A DNA stretch of 53,597 nt from an uncultured Eubacteriales bacterium (GCA_964490085.1 CAZBAO010000002.1:1-53597); one strand, 5' to 3'; numbered from the stretch's first letter, positions 17,426 through 27,646 are shown. The notes: generated from the sequence alone by a model not told the origin. Made by a program: numbers and translations.

Positions 17426-17824
17426 TTATTCGAGCGCTTTAAGTGCAAGCTCCACGCCGAGCTCAATGCACCGCTGGCAAGACACGCGCCCCTCATCCTT
17501 GATTGCCGTACAAACGGCCGTACCGCCGCACGCGGCGGTAAATTCCTCACACAACGCTTTGCAGAGCGCATACGTTTGTTGCTTAGAAGCGGGTGCCCAC
17601 AAGTTTCCGTCGCTGTGCTTAAGTCCCGCGATAAAGATCGCACCCGACAACGCTCCGCAGGTCTGCTCTCTGCCGCCCATACCGGCGCCGAAACCTTCCA
17701 TAGCGCGCATGACGGTCTGTGGGTCGATACCTATTTCCTCCGAAAACGGTAACGCCACCGATTGTGCACAGTTGTGCCCTCTTTCGTGAAGATCTTTTGC
17801 CTGCTCGAATTTGTTACCAAACAT
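17426..17824 (-). CDS. C_GCAxxG_C_C family protein
   Basis: GHNCAQSV, GFGAGMG..EQTCGALSGA and C-terminal CxxC-like cysteines. The start is set to MFGNKF. Confidence 0.8.
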   Translation of the reverse strand: MFGNKFEQAKDLHERGHNCAQSVALPFSEEIGIDPQTVMRAMEGFGAGMGGREQTCGALSGAIFIAGLKHSDGNLWAPASKQQTYALCKALCEEFTAACGGTAVCTAIKDEGRVSCQRCIELGVELALKALE

Positions 17825-17840
17825 CGTATCGTCTCCCCTT

Positions 17841-18539
17841 TTATATGCCGAATTGCTGACGCAATATGTTTTCCACACTCTCGGCTGTCGGCAGATCGCC
17901 GAAGCCGGTACACAACGAACCCTTCATACGGTAGGGATGCCCCACCGCGCACAACAGCGGAATATCGTTTTCGCCGTCACCGAACGCGATCGCTTGCTCG
18001 GGCGGTACCCCGAATTTCCGCATCACCACGCGTGCCGCCGCGCCTTTGTCCGCACCCGCGGCAACGAGCTCGGTCGTGCAGCCGTTCTGATACGCCACCC
18101 GAAACGACTCGTGCAGATCGGTTACCGTTCCCGACGGCAGTTCGACCTTGAGATAGTCCTCCGGAATCTCCTCCGGAATGTGCACGCGTTTACCGACCAC
18201 CGGCGTATCGCCGACGCAATAGATCTGCTCGCGCCCATAAATGGCCGCACCGCCGTAACGCGCGATAAGCTCTTTGGTTTTACATTTCATCAAGCGCTTT
18301 TTATACAGCACACAGTTTTTGTGCATCACAAGCGCACCGTCCATACACAAAAACACCAGTCGGTAAAACAGCGAACCGAACAAGCCTTTCAGCTGTGCAT
18401 ACGGTCTGCCGCTCGCAATGACCACCGTGATGCCGCGATCCAGCAGACGGCGCAGCACGTTCAGCGTATCCGTCGAAATTGTTTTTTCGGTTTTCGGAAG
18501 CAACGTGCCGTCCACGTCACAAAATATCATTCGCAGCAT
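17841..18539 (-). CDS. HAD-IIB (Cof-type) phosphatase
   Basis: FCDVDGTLL, VIASGRP and GDGENDIPLL motifs. ATG 18539 has GAGGTG 9 nt upstream. Confidence 0.8.
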   Translation of the reverse strand: MLRMIFCDVDGTLLPKTEKTISTDTLNVLRRLLDRGITVVIASGRPYAQLKGLFGSLFYRLVFLCMDGALVMHKNCVLYKKRLMKCKTKELIARYGGAAIYGREQIYCVGDTPVVGKRVHIPEEIPEDYLKVELPSGTVTDLHESFRVAYQNGCTTELVAAGADKGAAARVVMRKFGVPPEQAIAFGDGENDIPLLCAVGHPYRMKGSLCTGFGDLPTAESVENILRQQFGI

Positions 18540-18552
18540 CCCGCTTGTCACC

Positions 18553-20931
18553 TCATTTCATTTCCACGATCGTCACGCCGGTCTCGCCCTCACCGTATAA
18601 CCCCAAACGGAACGACTTGACACCGGGACACGATTTCAGGTGCGCGTGCACCGCCGCGCGCAAGGCACCCGTGCCTTTCCCGTGAATAATGGTCAGCCTG
18701 TCCAGACCGCCGAGCCGTGCGTTATCCAAAAATCTGTCCACTTCAAGCAAGGCTTCATCCGTCGTTTGACCCCGCAGATCCAATTCGGTCTGTGCGGCGC
18801 GAGTGGAGCGCGATACGTCGGTATAGACAGCGCCGCGGCTTTTCTTGACGGCGGGGGCGGTCATTTTTTCAATCAAGCGCAGGTTATCCTGTGATACGCG
18901 CGTGCGGATGATGCCCGCCTGTACCTCTACCGTGCCGCCTGCATCCGGCAGCGCTGTGACAACAGCCGATCTATCAATATCGACGATCAGCACCTCGTCA
19001 CCCACGACTAACGGGCGCGGCAGTTGATACGCGCCGCGTGCTTTTTGCATGACGGGATCAATATCGTCTTCTAATTTGTTCAGCCGACTGCGCAGCTGTG
19101 ACCGTGCCGCGGCGGCTTTTTTGGAAAAGTCGGCGGAATTCCGCTGCTTGCGTAGCGCATCCAGCTCGGCGATGAGTTCTTCCGCATCACGGCGAGCGTG
19201 CTCCACCACACGGCGCGCCTCGTCCTTGGCATCGTCAAGCTCCTGCTCTTTTTGCGCTTGTAAGGCCGCCAGTTGTTCCCTCGCGGTTTCGTTGGCGTGC
19301 TGTGCCGCCCGCGTGGCTTCCTTCGCTTCCTGCAATTCCTTTTCCAGACTCAGCCGCTTTTCCTCCAGCACGACCACGACGTCTTCCAAACGGCGGTCAT
19401 CACCCGACACCAAAGAGCGCGCCCGCTGTACCACCGACGGATCCATGCCGAGCCGCTCGCTGATAGCAAACGCATTGGAGCGCCCCGGTACGCCCACCAT
19501 CAACCGATAGGTCGGGCGCAGGGATTCCACGTCGAATTCACAGCTTCCGTTTTCCACGCCCTCGGTCTGAATGGCGTACGCCTTCATTTCCGCGTAGTGT
19601 GTGGTAGCCGCGATACGCGCGCCCTGTGCGCGCAGACGTTCCACGATCGCGGTCGCCAGTGCCGCGCCCTCGACGGGGTCGGTACCGGCACCGAGCTCAT
19701 CAAGCAATACCAGACTATGTTCGTCCGCTTCGTCTAAAATGCGGATCAGATTGGTCATATGCGCCGAGAAGGTCGACAGCGACTGTTCAATGGACTGCTC
19801 ATCCCCGATGTCGGCAAGCACGGTGCGGAATACCGATAAGCTGCTGCCGTCACGCACCGGCGGCAGCATCCCGCACATCGTCATCAAGGTGAGCAGGCCA
19901 ACGGTTTTGAGGGTCACGGTCTTACCGCCCGTGTTAGGGCCGGTAATCACGAGCGTATCAAAACTGCCGCCGAGCTCCACGTCGATCGGCACCACTTTTT
20001 TGGGATCAATCAACGGGTGGCGCGCTTTGTTCAGCAGGATATATCCGTCGTCAGTCACCCGCGGAACGGAGGCTTTCATCTGATATCCGAGCCGCGCTTT
20101 GGCAAAGATCAAATCGATGCCGACGAGCACCGTGTAATCGTCAATGATCGCATCGGCGAACGACCCTGCCTCGGCAGACAGATCACGGATGATGCGTTCG
20201 ATCTCCGCCGCCTCCTGCGATTCCAAGACCTTTAATTCGTTATTTGCTTCCACCGCACCCATCGGCTCGATAAACACGGTCGCACCTGACGACGAGGTAT
20301 CGTGCACCAAGCCGGCGATCGACGAGCGATGCTCCGCCTTGACCGGCACCACAAACCGCCCGCCGCGAATGGTCACGATCGGTTCCTGCAACGCCTTTTG
20401 TGCCGATTGTGAATGGATCAATTTGTCCAGCTGATCCCGCACTCTGGCAGATGCCGCGCGCATTTTGCGACGGATGGTATAGAGTTCCGGTGATGCCTGA
20501 TCGCTGATCTCATCTTCGGAAAGAACGGTGGTGCGGATGCGATCCTCTAAGTATTTGTTCGGGGACAGCGACGAAAACCGATCGTCTAAGCAAGTCCCCA
20601 TTCCCTCACAGTGGGAATGCCATTCTGCCACCGAACGGATACCGCGCAACGTGCCCGCTATACGAAGCAGCTCCGCAAGCGTCAGCATCGCGCCCGCCTG
20701 CGCGCGGCGCAGGGCGTTGGAAACGTTTTTGACGTCACCAAACGGCGGCGCGCCGAATTTTGCCATGAGGCAAAACGCCGCGTCCGTTTCGTCAAGCAGG
20801 CGCTGTACCTCGCCGAGGTACGGTGACGGCTGCAGGGCGCGCGCCGCCTCTGCCGCGTCCTCACAGGTAGCCTGCACCGCCAGCAGTTCCAGCACCTTAT
20901 CCAGTTCCAATGCGTGATAATGCTTGTTCAT
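18553..20931 (-). CDS. mutS2: Endonuclease MutS2 (MutS domain V ATPase plus C-terminal Smr)
   Basis: 792 aa with ITGPNTGGKT (Walker A), a coiled-coil middle region and an Smr end (LDLRGQT..EAL..VD.FLD...L......IIHGKGTG.LR). Confidence 0.95.
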   Translation of the reverse strand: MNKHYHALELDKVLELLAVQATCEDAAEAARALQPSPYLGEVQRLLDETDAAFCLMAKFGAPPFGDVKNVSNALRRAQAGAMLTLAELLRIAGTLRGIRSVAEWHSHCEGMGTCLDDRFSSLSPNKYLEDRIRTTVLSEDEISDQASPELYTIRRKMRAASARVRDQLDKLIHSQSAQKALQEPIVTIRGGRFVVPVKAEHRSSIAGLVHDTSSSGATVFIEPMGAVEANNELKVLESQEAAEIERIIRDLSAEAGSFADAIIDDYTVLVGIDLIFAKARLGYQMKASVPRVTDDGYILLNKARHPLIDPKKVVPIDVELGGSFDTLVITGPNTGGKTVTLKTVGLLTLMTMCGMLPPVRDGSSLSVFRTVLADIGDEQSIEQSLSTFSAHMTNLIRILDEADEHSLVLLDELGAGTDPVEGAALATAIVERLRAQGARIAATTHYAEMKAYAIQTEGVENGSCEFDVESLRPTYRLMVGVPGRSNAFAISERLGMDPSVVQRARSLVSGDDRRLEDVVVVLEEKRLSLEKELQEAKEATRAAQHANETAREQLAALQAQKEQELDDAKDEARRVVEHARRDAEELIAELDALRKQRNSADFSKKAAAARSQLRSRLNKLEDDIDPVMQKARGAYQLPRPLVVGDEVLIVDIDRSAVVTALPDAGGTVEVQAGIIRTRVSQDNLRLIEKMTAPAVKKSRGAVYTDVSRSTRAAQTELDLRGQTTDEALLEVDRFLDNARLGGLDRLTIIHGKGTGALRAAVHAHLKSCPGVKSFRLGLYGEGETGVTIVEMK

Positions 20932-20942
20932 AGTGACTGTCC

Positions 20943-21674
20943 TTACAATAAACTATGATAAAATTCCAACGTGTTAAACCCGCGGTTCAGCTGTGCGAGC
21001 AAAAAGCGCTCTACGGCAGCGCCGAGCAGTGCCATATCCGCTTCCGGCAGAGAAAATGCAAAGCATTTTTCAAACGGCGCATACACGATATGCCGCAGTG
21101 CCGCCAGTGCCCCCGCCGTCAGCGGCAGGGTATCGGTGCCGCCGTGCTGTTCGCAATACAGTACCCCGCGCAGCGGGGAAAACCGCGCGCAATCCCCGGT
21201 GCCGCACGCGGCACATTGCGCCACCGCCGGCATATATCCCGCCTTGCATAACAGTCGCAGTTCCGTAACAGCCTTCACCTGCGGTAACGACCGCGTTCCC
21301 GCGGATAAATAATACAGGGCATTGAGCAGCAGCCGCAGTTCCTCCTCGGCCTCCTCCTCGGCGGGCGCTAACACACCCGCAAGCTCACAAAAATATTGCG
21401 CGAGAGCCAGTTTGTCCAACTGATCCCGCACCTCGAAAAACACCTGTAACGGTTCCGCATCGTCCACTATGTATTTTTCCCGCCCCTTGTAAAGCGACAG
21501 GCGGGAATAGCAAAGCAGCTGTGTGGCACTGCCGTTGCGGTTATTGAGTTGTCTGGCGCGGCGCACCGACGCGCGAATAACGCCGTGATCGCGGGTCAGA
21601 GCAGTGACAAACCGATCCGACTCGCCGACGGTGTTATTTTCACGTATGATCAGTGCGTCGGTCGTCAGCTTCAT
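20943..21674 (-). CDS. recO: DNA repair protein RecO
   Basis: 243 aa with an OB-fold N-terminus and a C-terminal Cys cluster (CAACG...C....C). It occupies the conserved position after era-yqzL. Confidence 0.9.
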   Translation of the reverse strand: MKLTTDALIIRENNTVGESDRFVTALTRDHGVIRASVRRARQLNNRNGSATQLLCYSRLSLYKGREKYIVDDAEPLQVFFEVRDQLDKLALAQYFCELAGVLAPAEEEAEEELRLLLNALYYLSAGTRSLPQVKAVTELRLLCKAGYMPAVAQCAACGTGDCARFSPLRGVLYCEQHGGTDTLPLTAGALAALRHIVYAPFEKCFAFSLPEADMALLGAAVERFLLAQLNRGFNTLEFYHSLL

Positions 21675-21801
21675 GCGATTTCTCCTTAGCCTCCGCTACG
21701 GAATTTTCACCGGAACCGTACACGTCCACCCCGCAGTAGCGCAGGTAATCCTGTACTTTTCCGGTCTTCTCAAAGGTTGCCCATAATTTATCCTTATCCA
21801 T
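21640..21801 (-). CDS. yqzL: YqzL-family small protein (53 aa)
   Basis: The track lists a 138-aa ORF (21640..22056), but only the part from MDKDKLWATFEKTGKVQDYLRY (ATG at 21801) is outside era. It sits where yqzL lies in Bacillus (era-yqzL-recO). A GGAGG RBS is upstream. Confidence 0.6.
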   Translation of the reverse strand: MDKDKLWATFEKTGKVQDYLRYCGVDVYGSGENSVAEAKEKSHEADDRRTDHT

Positions 21802-21863
21802 CGTCCGACGCCTCCGTTCACTATTACTTTGAACGGAAAGGGGTTGTTTGATACAGGAAATTT

Positions 21864-22763
21864 TTACAACCGATAACCAAAGCCGTTGAGAAGCCCTTGA
21901 CGGTTGCGCCAGTCCTCCTTGACCTTGACCCAGCACTGCAAATTGACGTGTGCACCAAGCGCCTTTTCCATCTCTTCGCGTGCCGCCGTGGAAATGCGTT
22001 TGAGCATCGCGCCCTTTTTGCCGATCACCATGCCCTTGTGGGTATCGCGCTCGCAAAAGATCTCCGCATCAATATCCAAAATGACACCGCGCTCGGTTTC
22101 GCGTTCTTCCATCCGCTCGATCACCACGGCAATGCCGTGCGGGATCTCGTCTCTGAGAGAAAGCAGCATCTGCTCTCGAAGCAGCTCTGCCGCCAGCACC
22201 TTCTCCGGCTGATCGCTGACAGCGTCGGCGGGGAAAAAGTGCGGGCTTTCAAAGGTGTATTGGGTAAGCTCGGCGAGCAACTCGTCCACTCCCTCGCCCG
22301 TCAACGCGGATACCGGCAAGATCGCCTCGAACGCGAATTCCTGCCGCCACGCATCAATGCAGGTGAGCAGTGTTGCTTTGTCTTCGACCGTGTCGATCTT
22401 ATTGATCACGAGCAGCACCGGCAGTTTTTGTGCGCGGAATTTTTGGAGCAGCTCGCGCTCGCTGTCCCGCACCGTGGAGGTGGGTTCGACGATCAGCACT
22501 CCCACATCCACGCCCGTCATCGCTTCACCGATGGATCTCACCATAAAATCCCCCAGCCTGGTGCGGGGACGGTGCGTACCGGGTGTATCCAAAAAGACCA
22601 GTTGCACGGTATCCCGCGTAAGCACGCCCATAATGCGGTTGCGCGTGGTCTGCGGCTTGTCCGACACGATGGCGACCTTTTGCCCCACCAAAGTGTTAAG
22701 CAGTGATGATTTTCCCACGTTGGGTCGCCCGACCAACGCAATAAAAGCAGAGGTTGTTTCCAT
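21864..22763 (-). CDS. era: GTPase Era
   Basis: FIALVGRPNVGKSS (G1), DTPG (G3), NKID (G4) and a C-terminal KH domain. The start METTSAF is chosen because it forms TAATG with the dgkA stop. Confidence 0.95.
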   Translation of the reverse strand: METTSAFIALVGRPNVGKSSLLNTLVGQKVAIVSDKPQTTRNRIMGVLTRDTVQLVFLDTPGTHRPRTRLGDFMVRSIGEAMTGVDVGVLIVEPTSTVRDSERELLQKFRAQKLPVLLVINKIDTVEDKATLLTCIDAWRQEFAFEAILPVSALTGEGVDELLAELTQYTFESPHFFPADAVSDQPEKVLAAELLREQMLLSLRDEIPHGIAVVIERMEERETERGVILDIDAEIFCERDTHKGMVIGKKGAMLKRISTAAREEMEKALGAHVNLQCWVKVKEDWRNRQGLLNGFGYRL

Positions 22764-23206
22764 TACTTTGTTCTCCATTTCCACACGAACAGCACCGCCG
22801 GCACAGCAGACAGTGCCAATAAGATCGGCTTATAAATATGTTCTCCCCAATCGGCGAAGACGGAAACCCAAACGTCCGGTTTCCAGAACAGCATGACCGC
22901 CACTACGACCGCAGCGATAGCCGCTAAGAGCACCGCGCCCGCCGCCATATCCTTGGCAGCGCCGGCAAGCGGGTGCCGTTCGGCGGAAAAGCGGTCAATG
23001 GTGCGTTCCACTGCTGAGTTGAACATTTCGGCAACCAGGACACCGGCGATGGTAAGTGCCAATACGGCACCCTCGGCGCGGGACAGCGAAAAATGCGGCG
23101 TAAACAGCAAAACGTAGAACGCGATCACCAAATGAAAGCGAAAATGCCATTCCTCGCGCGCGCAGCGCCAAATACCGCGCGCCGCCCAGCCGAAGCCTTT
23201 AATCAT
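22763..23206 (-). CDS. dgkA: Diacylglycerol/undecaprenol kinase family protein
   Basis: Small 3-TM protein with HFRFHL...E.FNSA.E..ID motifs. The start MIKGFG overlaps the ybeY stop (ATGATTAA). Confidence 0.85.
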   Translation of the reverse strand: MIKGFGWAARGIWRCAREEWHFRFHLVIAFYVLLFTPHFSLSRAEGAVLALTIAGVLVAEMFNSAVERTIDRFSAERHPLAGAAKDMAAGAVLLAAIAAVVVAVMLFWKPDVWVSVFADWGEHIYKPILLALSAVPAVLFVWKWRTK

Positions 23207-23705
23207 CTTCGAGCACATAACTACTCCCGCGGGGCAAGCCCACCTGTTTCATGACGGTTTCTTCCTTTTCGCGCATACGCACGGCTTCCATGCCGCCCTG
23301 CACGTGATCGTATCCGAGCAGGTGAAGCATGGAGTGTACCGTCAGATACCCCACCTCGCGGTTGAAGCTATGACCGTAATCCTCCGCCTGCTTCGCCGCC
23401 TGCTCCAACGACAGCATAATATTACCGAGAAGCTTTTCACCGGTTTCGGGGTGCAGGTCGTATACGCCGTTCTCACCGAGCGGGAAGGACAGCACGTCGG
23501 TCGGCGCGTCGATGCCGCGCTGTTCAAGGTTGACCTGATGGATGCGGTCGTTATCGACCAAGGTCACGTCCACCTGAACCGAACCGTCCACCTGCTCCAG
23601 CTCCAACACCGCGTGACAGCAGCGGCGGATCAGCATCCGCAGTCCCGTTGGGAGCTTCACGGCCTTTTGTTGGTTTTCAATGTCGACTCGAAGTTTTTTC
23701 AGCAT
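23199..23705 (-). CDS. ybeY: rRNA maturation endoribonuclease YbeY
   Basis: TDVLSFPL and HSMLHLLGYDH metal-binding motifs. The start is probably MLKKLRV (23705). Confidence 0.9.
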   Translation of the reverse strand: MLKKLRVDIENQQKAVKLPTGLRMLIRRCCHAVLELEQVDGSVQVDVTLVDNDRIHQVNLEQRGIDAPTDVLSFPLGENGVYDLHPETGEKLLGNIMLSLEQAAKQAEDYGHSFNREVGYLTVHSMLHLLGYDHVQGGMEAVRMREKEETVMKQVGLPRGSSYVLEDD

Positions 23706-24726
23706 AGCGACTGCGCTTCCCTTCCTTGTTTTTTTTATAGCGTTCATACGCTTCAATGATGCGTTGCACCAGCTGGTGCCGCACCACGTCTTTTTGTGTG
23801 AACGTGCAGATGGACACGTCCTCTACGTCTTTGAGCACCCGCATGACCTCGCGCAGACCGCTTTGCTTGCCGGAGGGCAGGTCGATCTGCGTGATATCGC
23901 CGGTGACCACCATCTTGGAATTAAAACCCAATCGGGTCAAAAACATCTTCATCTGCTCGGGGGTGGTGTTCTGCGCCTCATCCAAAATAACAAAGCTGTC
24001 ATCCAACGTGCGGCCGCGCATATACGCGAGCGGCGCGATCTCGATGTTGCCTCGCTCCAAATATTTCTGATAGGTCTCCGTACCGAGCATATCAAACAAC
24101 GCGTCGTACAACGGGCGCAAGTACGGATCGACCTTGGATTGCAGATCACCGGGCAGAAAGCCGAGCTTTTCGCCCGCCTCCACGGCGGGTCGCGTCAAAA
24201 TGATACGATTGACCTGCTTTGCCCGAAACGCCTCCACCGCCATCGCTACCGCCAGATAGGTCTTGCCCGTACCGGCAGGACCGATGCCGAGCACTACCGT
24301 GTTATCGCGGATAGCTTCCACGTATCGTTTTTGCCCCAACGTCTTGGGCTTGATGGGACGGCCCTTGGCAGTGATGCAAATGCTGTCACCGGTGAGAGCA
24401 GGCAGTTCGTCGTCCGTGCCCTCGTTCACCAGCATCAGCACGTACCGCACGTTCTGCTCGGTGAGCTGCTCGCCGCGGTTGAGCAGCTGCAGCAGTCCCT
24501 CGATGGCGCGAATGGCCTTGGCGACCGCCTCCGACTCGCCGCTGACCTTCAGATCGCTGTCGCGGCTGAGGACGGTCACGCCGAACTGCTCCTCAATCAA
24601 CCGAATATTCTCATCGAAATTGCCGAACAGTGCAACCGCCTGTTCCATGCGGTCAACGTTGATGATCTGTTCTATGACTTCCGCCTCCTGCGTGCTATTC
24701 CTTACTATTTTGTCATTGTACCACAA
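23677..24726 (-). CDS. phoH: PhoH-family ATPase
   Basis: GPAGTGKTYLAVAMA (Walker A), FVILDEAQN (Walker B) and VVTGDITQIDLP. Confidence 0.9.
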   Translation of the reverse strand: MWYNDKIVRNSTQEAEVIEQIINVDRMEQAVALFGNFDENIRLIEEQFGVTVLSRDSDLKVSGESEAVAKAIRAIEGLLQLLNRGEQLTEQNVRYVLMLVNEGTDDELPALTGDSICITAKGRPIKPKTLGQKRYVEAIRDNTVVLGIGPAGTGKTYLAVAMAVEAFRAKQVNRIILTRPAVEAGEKLGFLPGDLQSKVDPYLRPLYDALFDMLGTETYQKYLERGNIEIAPLAYMRGRTLDDSFVILDEAQNTTPEQMKMFLTRLGFNSKMVVTGDITQIDLPSGKQSGLREVMRVLKDVEDVSICTFTQKDVVRHQLVQRIIEAYERYKKNKEGKRSRYAEKTSSRH

Positions 24727-24764
24727 AAACTTTCGCTTGTCATTAGGAAAAACAGCAATTTTTC

Positions 24765-25919
24765 TTATTTCTCATGCAACTGCAGGGGTTCACTCTGCCC
24801 AATGGATTCTAAACAAGTATAGGTGCCGACGAGCACCCACCCGTCGTCGGTTTTCTGTTCGGTCACCGTTTCGGCTTCGATCGTCATCTCCTCCCGCAAA
24901 GCACCGACCGCCTCGCTAAGACGCGACTGCGCCTCTGCCAGCGTTTCGGCTTCGGTTCGTGTACAAACCACCGTTTCATCAAACACCAGCCGCGTCACCT
25001 CGATCCCGATGGGAAGCGCCTTGCCGTAGGCGCGCAAGGGATATTCCTCCGTCTGTTGGGTGTATTCCCCCTCAATATCCGCACCGGCATACAGCGGCAC
25101 GCGTAGCCCGAGCAAATAAAAACAGGGACGGGACACGGTCCGCGGAGCCGTGCTCGGCACGTCCTCCTCAAACGGTACGGTCACGGTCAGCGTGCGGGTG
25201 GTACGTGCCGTCACAACACCCTCGGCGCGCTTTAAGATCGGTCCCACCTTGCTGTCCATCACGCCGCTGATAAGCAGTGTCCCTTTTGTCACGGCGTCCC
25301 CCGGTTTGACCATCGCTTGCCCGCTCACCGCATCCACGCTGACGATCACACCGTCCTGTGTCGCCACGATATTAGCGGGCTCATCGGACGCAATCGGCTG
25401 TGTTTCCTGCCGCTCTCTGACCTCCACCAGTGCGGTACTGCCCTCAAAGTTGACCGTTAGCCACACAAGCTCCGGCAATTTCTCCAGTGCTGTCAGCTGC
25501 AGCTGCGGCAGATCGACAGCAGAAAGCGCAGCTCCTTCATAGACGCCGAGAGGCTCCAGCATCTCGCGGATCGCCTCGTCTGAAACCTGCTCGTTACCGG
25601 AGATGCGAACGGTCCATACGCGGGACGAAAGCAGTTGCAACAGCACAACAAACAACACCGCTCCCACCGCAAGCCCCCACCGAAGGCGAAACGGACGCAA
25701 TAAAAACGGCAACCCACGCCGTTCGCGCACCCGCATACGCACCGAGGCTACTCGTGCTGCGGGTCGCAGTTCGCGGTACTGCGCCGCCTTACACCAACAA
25801 AAGAGGAATATCCCCTTGCGAGAAATACCCCATAAGGCAATGTTCCGTTTTGACGCCTCGTTCAAAAACCGTTCCGGAAATCCCCCTTCACATTCGATAC
25901 ACACGGTTCCCGCAAACAT
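24765..25919 (-). CDS. yqfD: Sporulation protein YqfD
   Basis: About 385 aa with a single central TM. Its position between yqfC and phoH matches Bacillus/Clostridium synteny. Confidence 0.8.
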   Translation of the reverse strand: MFAGTVCIECEGGFPERFLNEASKRNIALWGISRKGIFLFCWCKAAQYRELRPAARVASVRMRVRERRGLPFLLRPFRLRWGLAVGAVLFVVLLQLLSSRVWTVRISGNEQVSDEAIREMLEPLGVYEGAALSAVDLPQLQLTALEKLPELVWLTVNFEGSTALVEVRERQETQPIASDEPANIVATQDGVIVSVDAVSGQAMVKPGDAVTKGTLLISGVMDSKVGPILKRAEGVVTARTTRTLTVTVPFEEDVPSTAPRTVSRPCFYLLGLRVPLYAGADIEGEYTQQTEEYPLRAYGKALPIGIEVTRLVFDETVVCTRTEAETLAEAQSRLSEAVGALREEMTIEAETVTEQKTDDGWVLVGTYTCLESIGQSEPLQLHEK

Positions 25920-25929
25920 CGTATGCCCC

Positions 25930-26208
25930 CTACAAAAACTCAAGTGACAGTAATCTGCCGGTAATGACGGCACAAGCAGGATTCAGGCTGGTCATGCACA
26001 GCTCGCGTCCGGTAAACCGGATCGTGCCGCTGACAGTACGCAACTGTATCTGATCCTCATCGTATTTTACGATCCCCTGACACCCCTCCACCAATATCTG
26101 TCGGTTTCCGGACAATTCAATGCGCGCCGCCTCCGACAGCACACCGACCGGCATATCCAACACTTTTTCCATTTTGGCGGAGATGGCAGCTCGCGTTTCA
26201 CGTTTCAT
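25930..26208 (-). CDS. yqfC: Sporulation protein YqfC
   Basis: 92 aa reading IELSGNRQILVEGCQGIVKYDEDQI.L, typical of YqfC. It lies directly upstream of yqfD. Confidence 0.8.
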   Translation of the reverse strand: MKRETRAAISAKMEKVLDMPVGVLSEAARIELSGNRQILVEGCQGIVKYDEDQIQLRTVSGTIRFTGRELCMTSLNPACAVITGRLLSLEFL

Positions 26209-26300
26209 GACAGCGCCCTCCTTTTACCTTATGAATATGAAACGGCAAGCGGAATAATACCGGATACGTACTACATATATAGAAGGCAGGGGGGATTCGT

Positions 26301-27401
26301 ATGTCTGCTTATATCACTCTGCACCCACGCCTTCGCACCGCACTGGTAGGCACGGGGATCGTGTGCTACAGCGCTCTCATATTGCTTCGTCCTGAGGCAG
26401 TCGCCGGCGGGATCAGCCGCGGCTTGTCGATCTGTGCTTCGGTGATCATTCCCTCGTTGTTTCCGTTCCTGGTGTTAGGCGGATTTTTATCAAGATCAGG
26501 AGTCGCAGCCGCCGTCGGCAGCCGACTCGAGCGCATCACGCGCCTGCTGTTTGGATTGCCCGGCTGCTGTGCCGCGGGCATCTTGATCGGCTTTATCGGC
26601 GGATATCCCGCAGGCGGAGCCGTTGTGGGCGAGCTGGTGCGCTCCCGACAGATCTCACGCGACGAGGGACGGCGTATGCTGCGCTTTTGCGTCTGCGGAG
26701 GGCCGGGGTTTATCATCAGCACGGTCGGCGCGGGACTGATGGGCAGCACGGCGTTCGGTGTCATTCTGTTTGCCGCACATATCGCGGCGGCGATGATCTT
26801 AGGCATCCTGGGCGCACCGAGAGGCAACCGACGGTACGTCAAGACCGACTCGCCCTGCCGCCCTCGCGGTTCGGTGGCGACGGCGTTTGTAGAATCGGTG
26901 ACCGCCGCATGTCAGTCGCTGCTATCCATGTGCGGCTTTATCCTCCTGTTTTCGGGGCTCCTTGCACTGCCGAATACCTTTTCCGCCTCCGACAACCGTA
27001 CGGTAAGCGCTCTGCTGTCCTGCCTGTTGGAAGTGAGCTGCGGTTGTGTCGCCGCCGCCGAGCTTGGCGAGCTCGCACCGTTTTTTCTCGGTATCGCCGT
27101 CGGTTTCGGCGGTCTTTCCGTACATTGTCAGGTGGCCTCGTCTCTCGCCGGTACCGGCGTGCTGACACCGCACTTTTGGCTCGCACGGCTGTCGCACGGC
27201 TTTTTGACCGCTGTGTTGACCCTCTTACTGCTCCGACTCGTTCCGGTCACGATACCGGTGTTCGGCACCTCGTCCCAACCGGTGATACGTGCGGTGTCCG
27301 GCCATGTCGGAATCTCCGTGTTTCTGTTGATGTTATGCGGAATTTGGTTGCTTTCTGTTGACAAAGCGAGCAGACTCACCTATAATAAGGATCATAGTTA
27401 G
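26301..27401 (+). CDS. ylbJ: Sporulation integral membrane protein YlbJ (nucleoside-recognition domain)
   Basis: 366-aa polytopic protein with SLFPFLVL and GYPAGG segments. It is divergent from yqfC. Confidence 0.75.
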   Translation: MSAYITLHPRLRTALVGTGIVCYSALILLRPEAVAGGISRGLSICASVIIPSLFPFLVLGGFLSRSGVAAAVGSRLERITRLLFGLPGCCAAGILIGFIGGYPAGGAVVGELVRSRQISRDEGRRMLRFCVCGGPGFIISTVGAGLMGSTAFGVILFAAHIAAAMILGILGAPRGNRRYVKTDSPCRPRGSVATAFVESVTAACQSLLSMCGFILLFSGLLALPNTFSASDNRTVSALLSCLLEVSCGCVAAAELGELAPFFLGIAVGFGGLSVHCQVASSLAGTGVLTPHFWLARLSHGFLTAVLTLLLLRLVPVTIPVFGTSSQPVIRAVSGHVGISVFLLMLCGIWLLSVDKASRLTYNKDHS

Positions 27402-27427
27402 AGGCTCATGATAAAGGATGTGACAGC

Positions 27428-27646
27428 ATGAAGCGGAAGTTATACGGCAACGCCGTGACGCCTGTATGCGAGATCTGCGCAAACGGCCGGCGTTCCTCCG
27501 ACGGGCGGGTGATCCTGTGCCTGCGCAAGGGCATTATGCAACCCTCGGCACATTGCCGCAAATTCCGCTACGATCCGCTGCGCCGCATCCCGTATATTCA
27601 GCCGGATCTGCAGACCTATACGGAAGCGGATTTCCGTATAGACTAA
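27428..27646 (+). CDS. Small Cys-containing protein (CxxC...C...C), unknown function
   Basis: 72-aa ORF whose codon usage resembles its neighbours. No domain recognised. Confidence 0.45.
   Translation: MKRKLYGNAVTPVCEICANGRRSSDGRVILCLRKGIMQPSAHCRKFRYDPLRRIPYIQPDLQTYTEADFRID

Noticed and set aside
21802-22056. N-terminal 85 codons of the 138-aa ORF 21640..22056.
   Set aside because: This part overlaps the era coding sequence in another frame. Only the distal 53 codons are plausible (see the yqzL feature).
23680-24822. 380-aa ORF on the + strand.
   Set aside because: It is fully antisense to the clearly recognisable phoH gene. Its Arg/His/Leu/Gln-rich composition is typical of antisense frames in high-GC DNA, and it has no RBS or recognisable motif.
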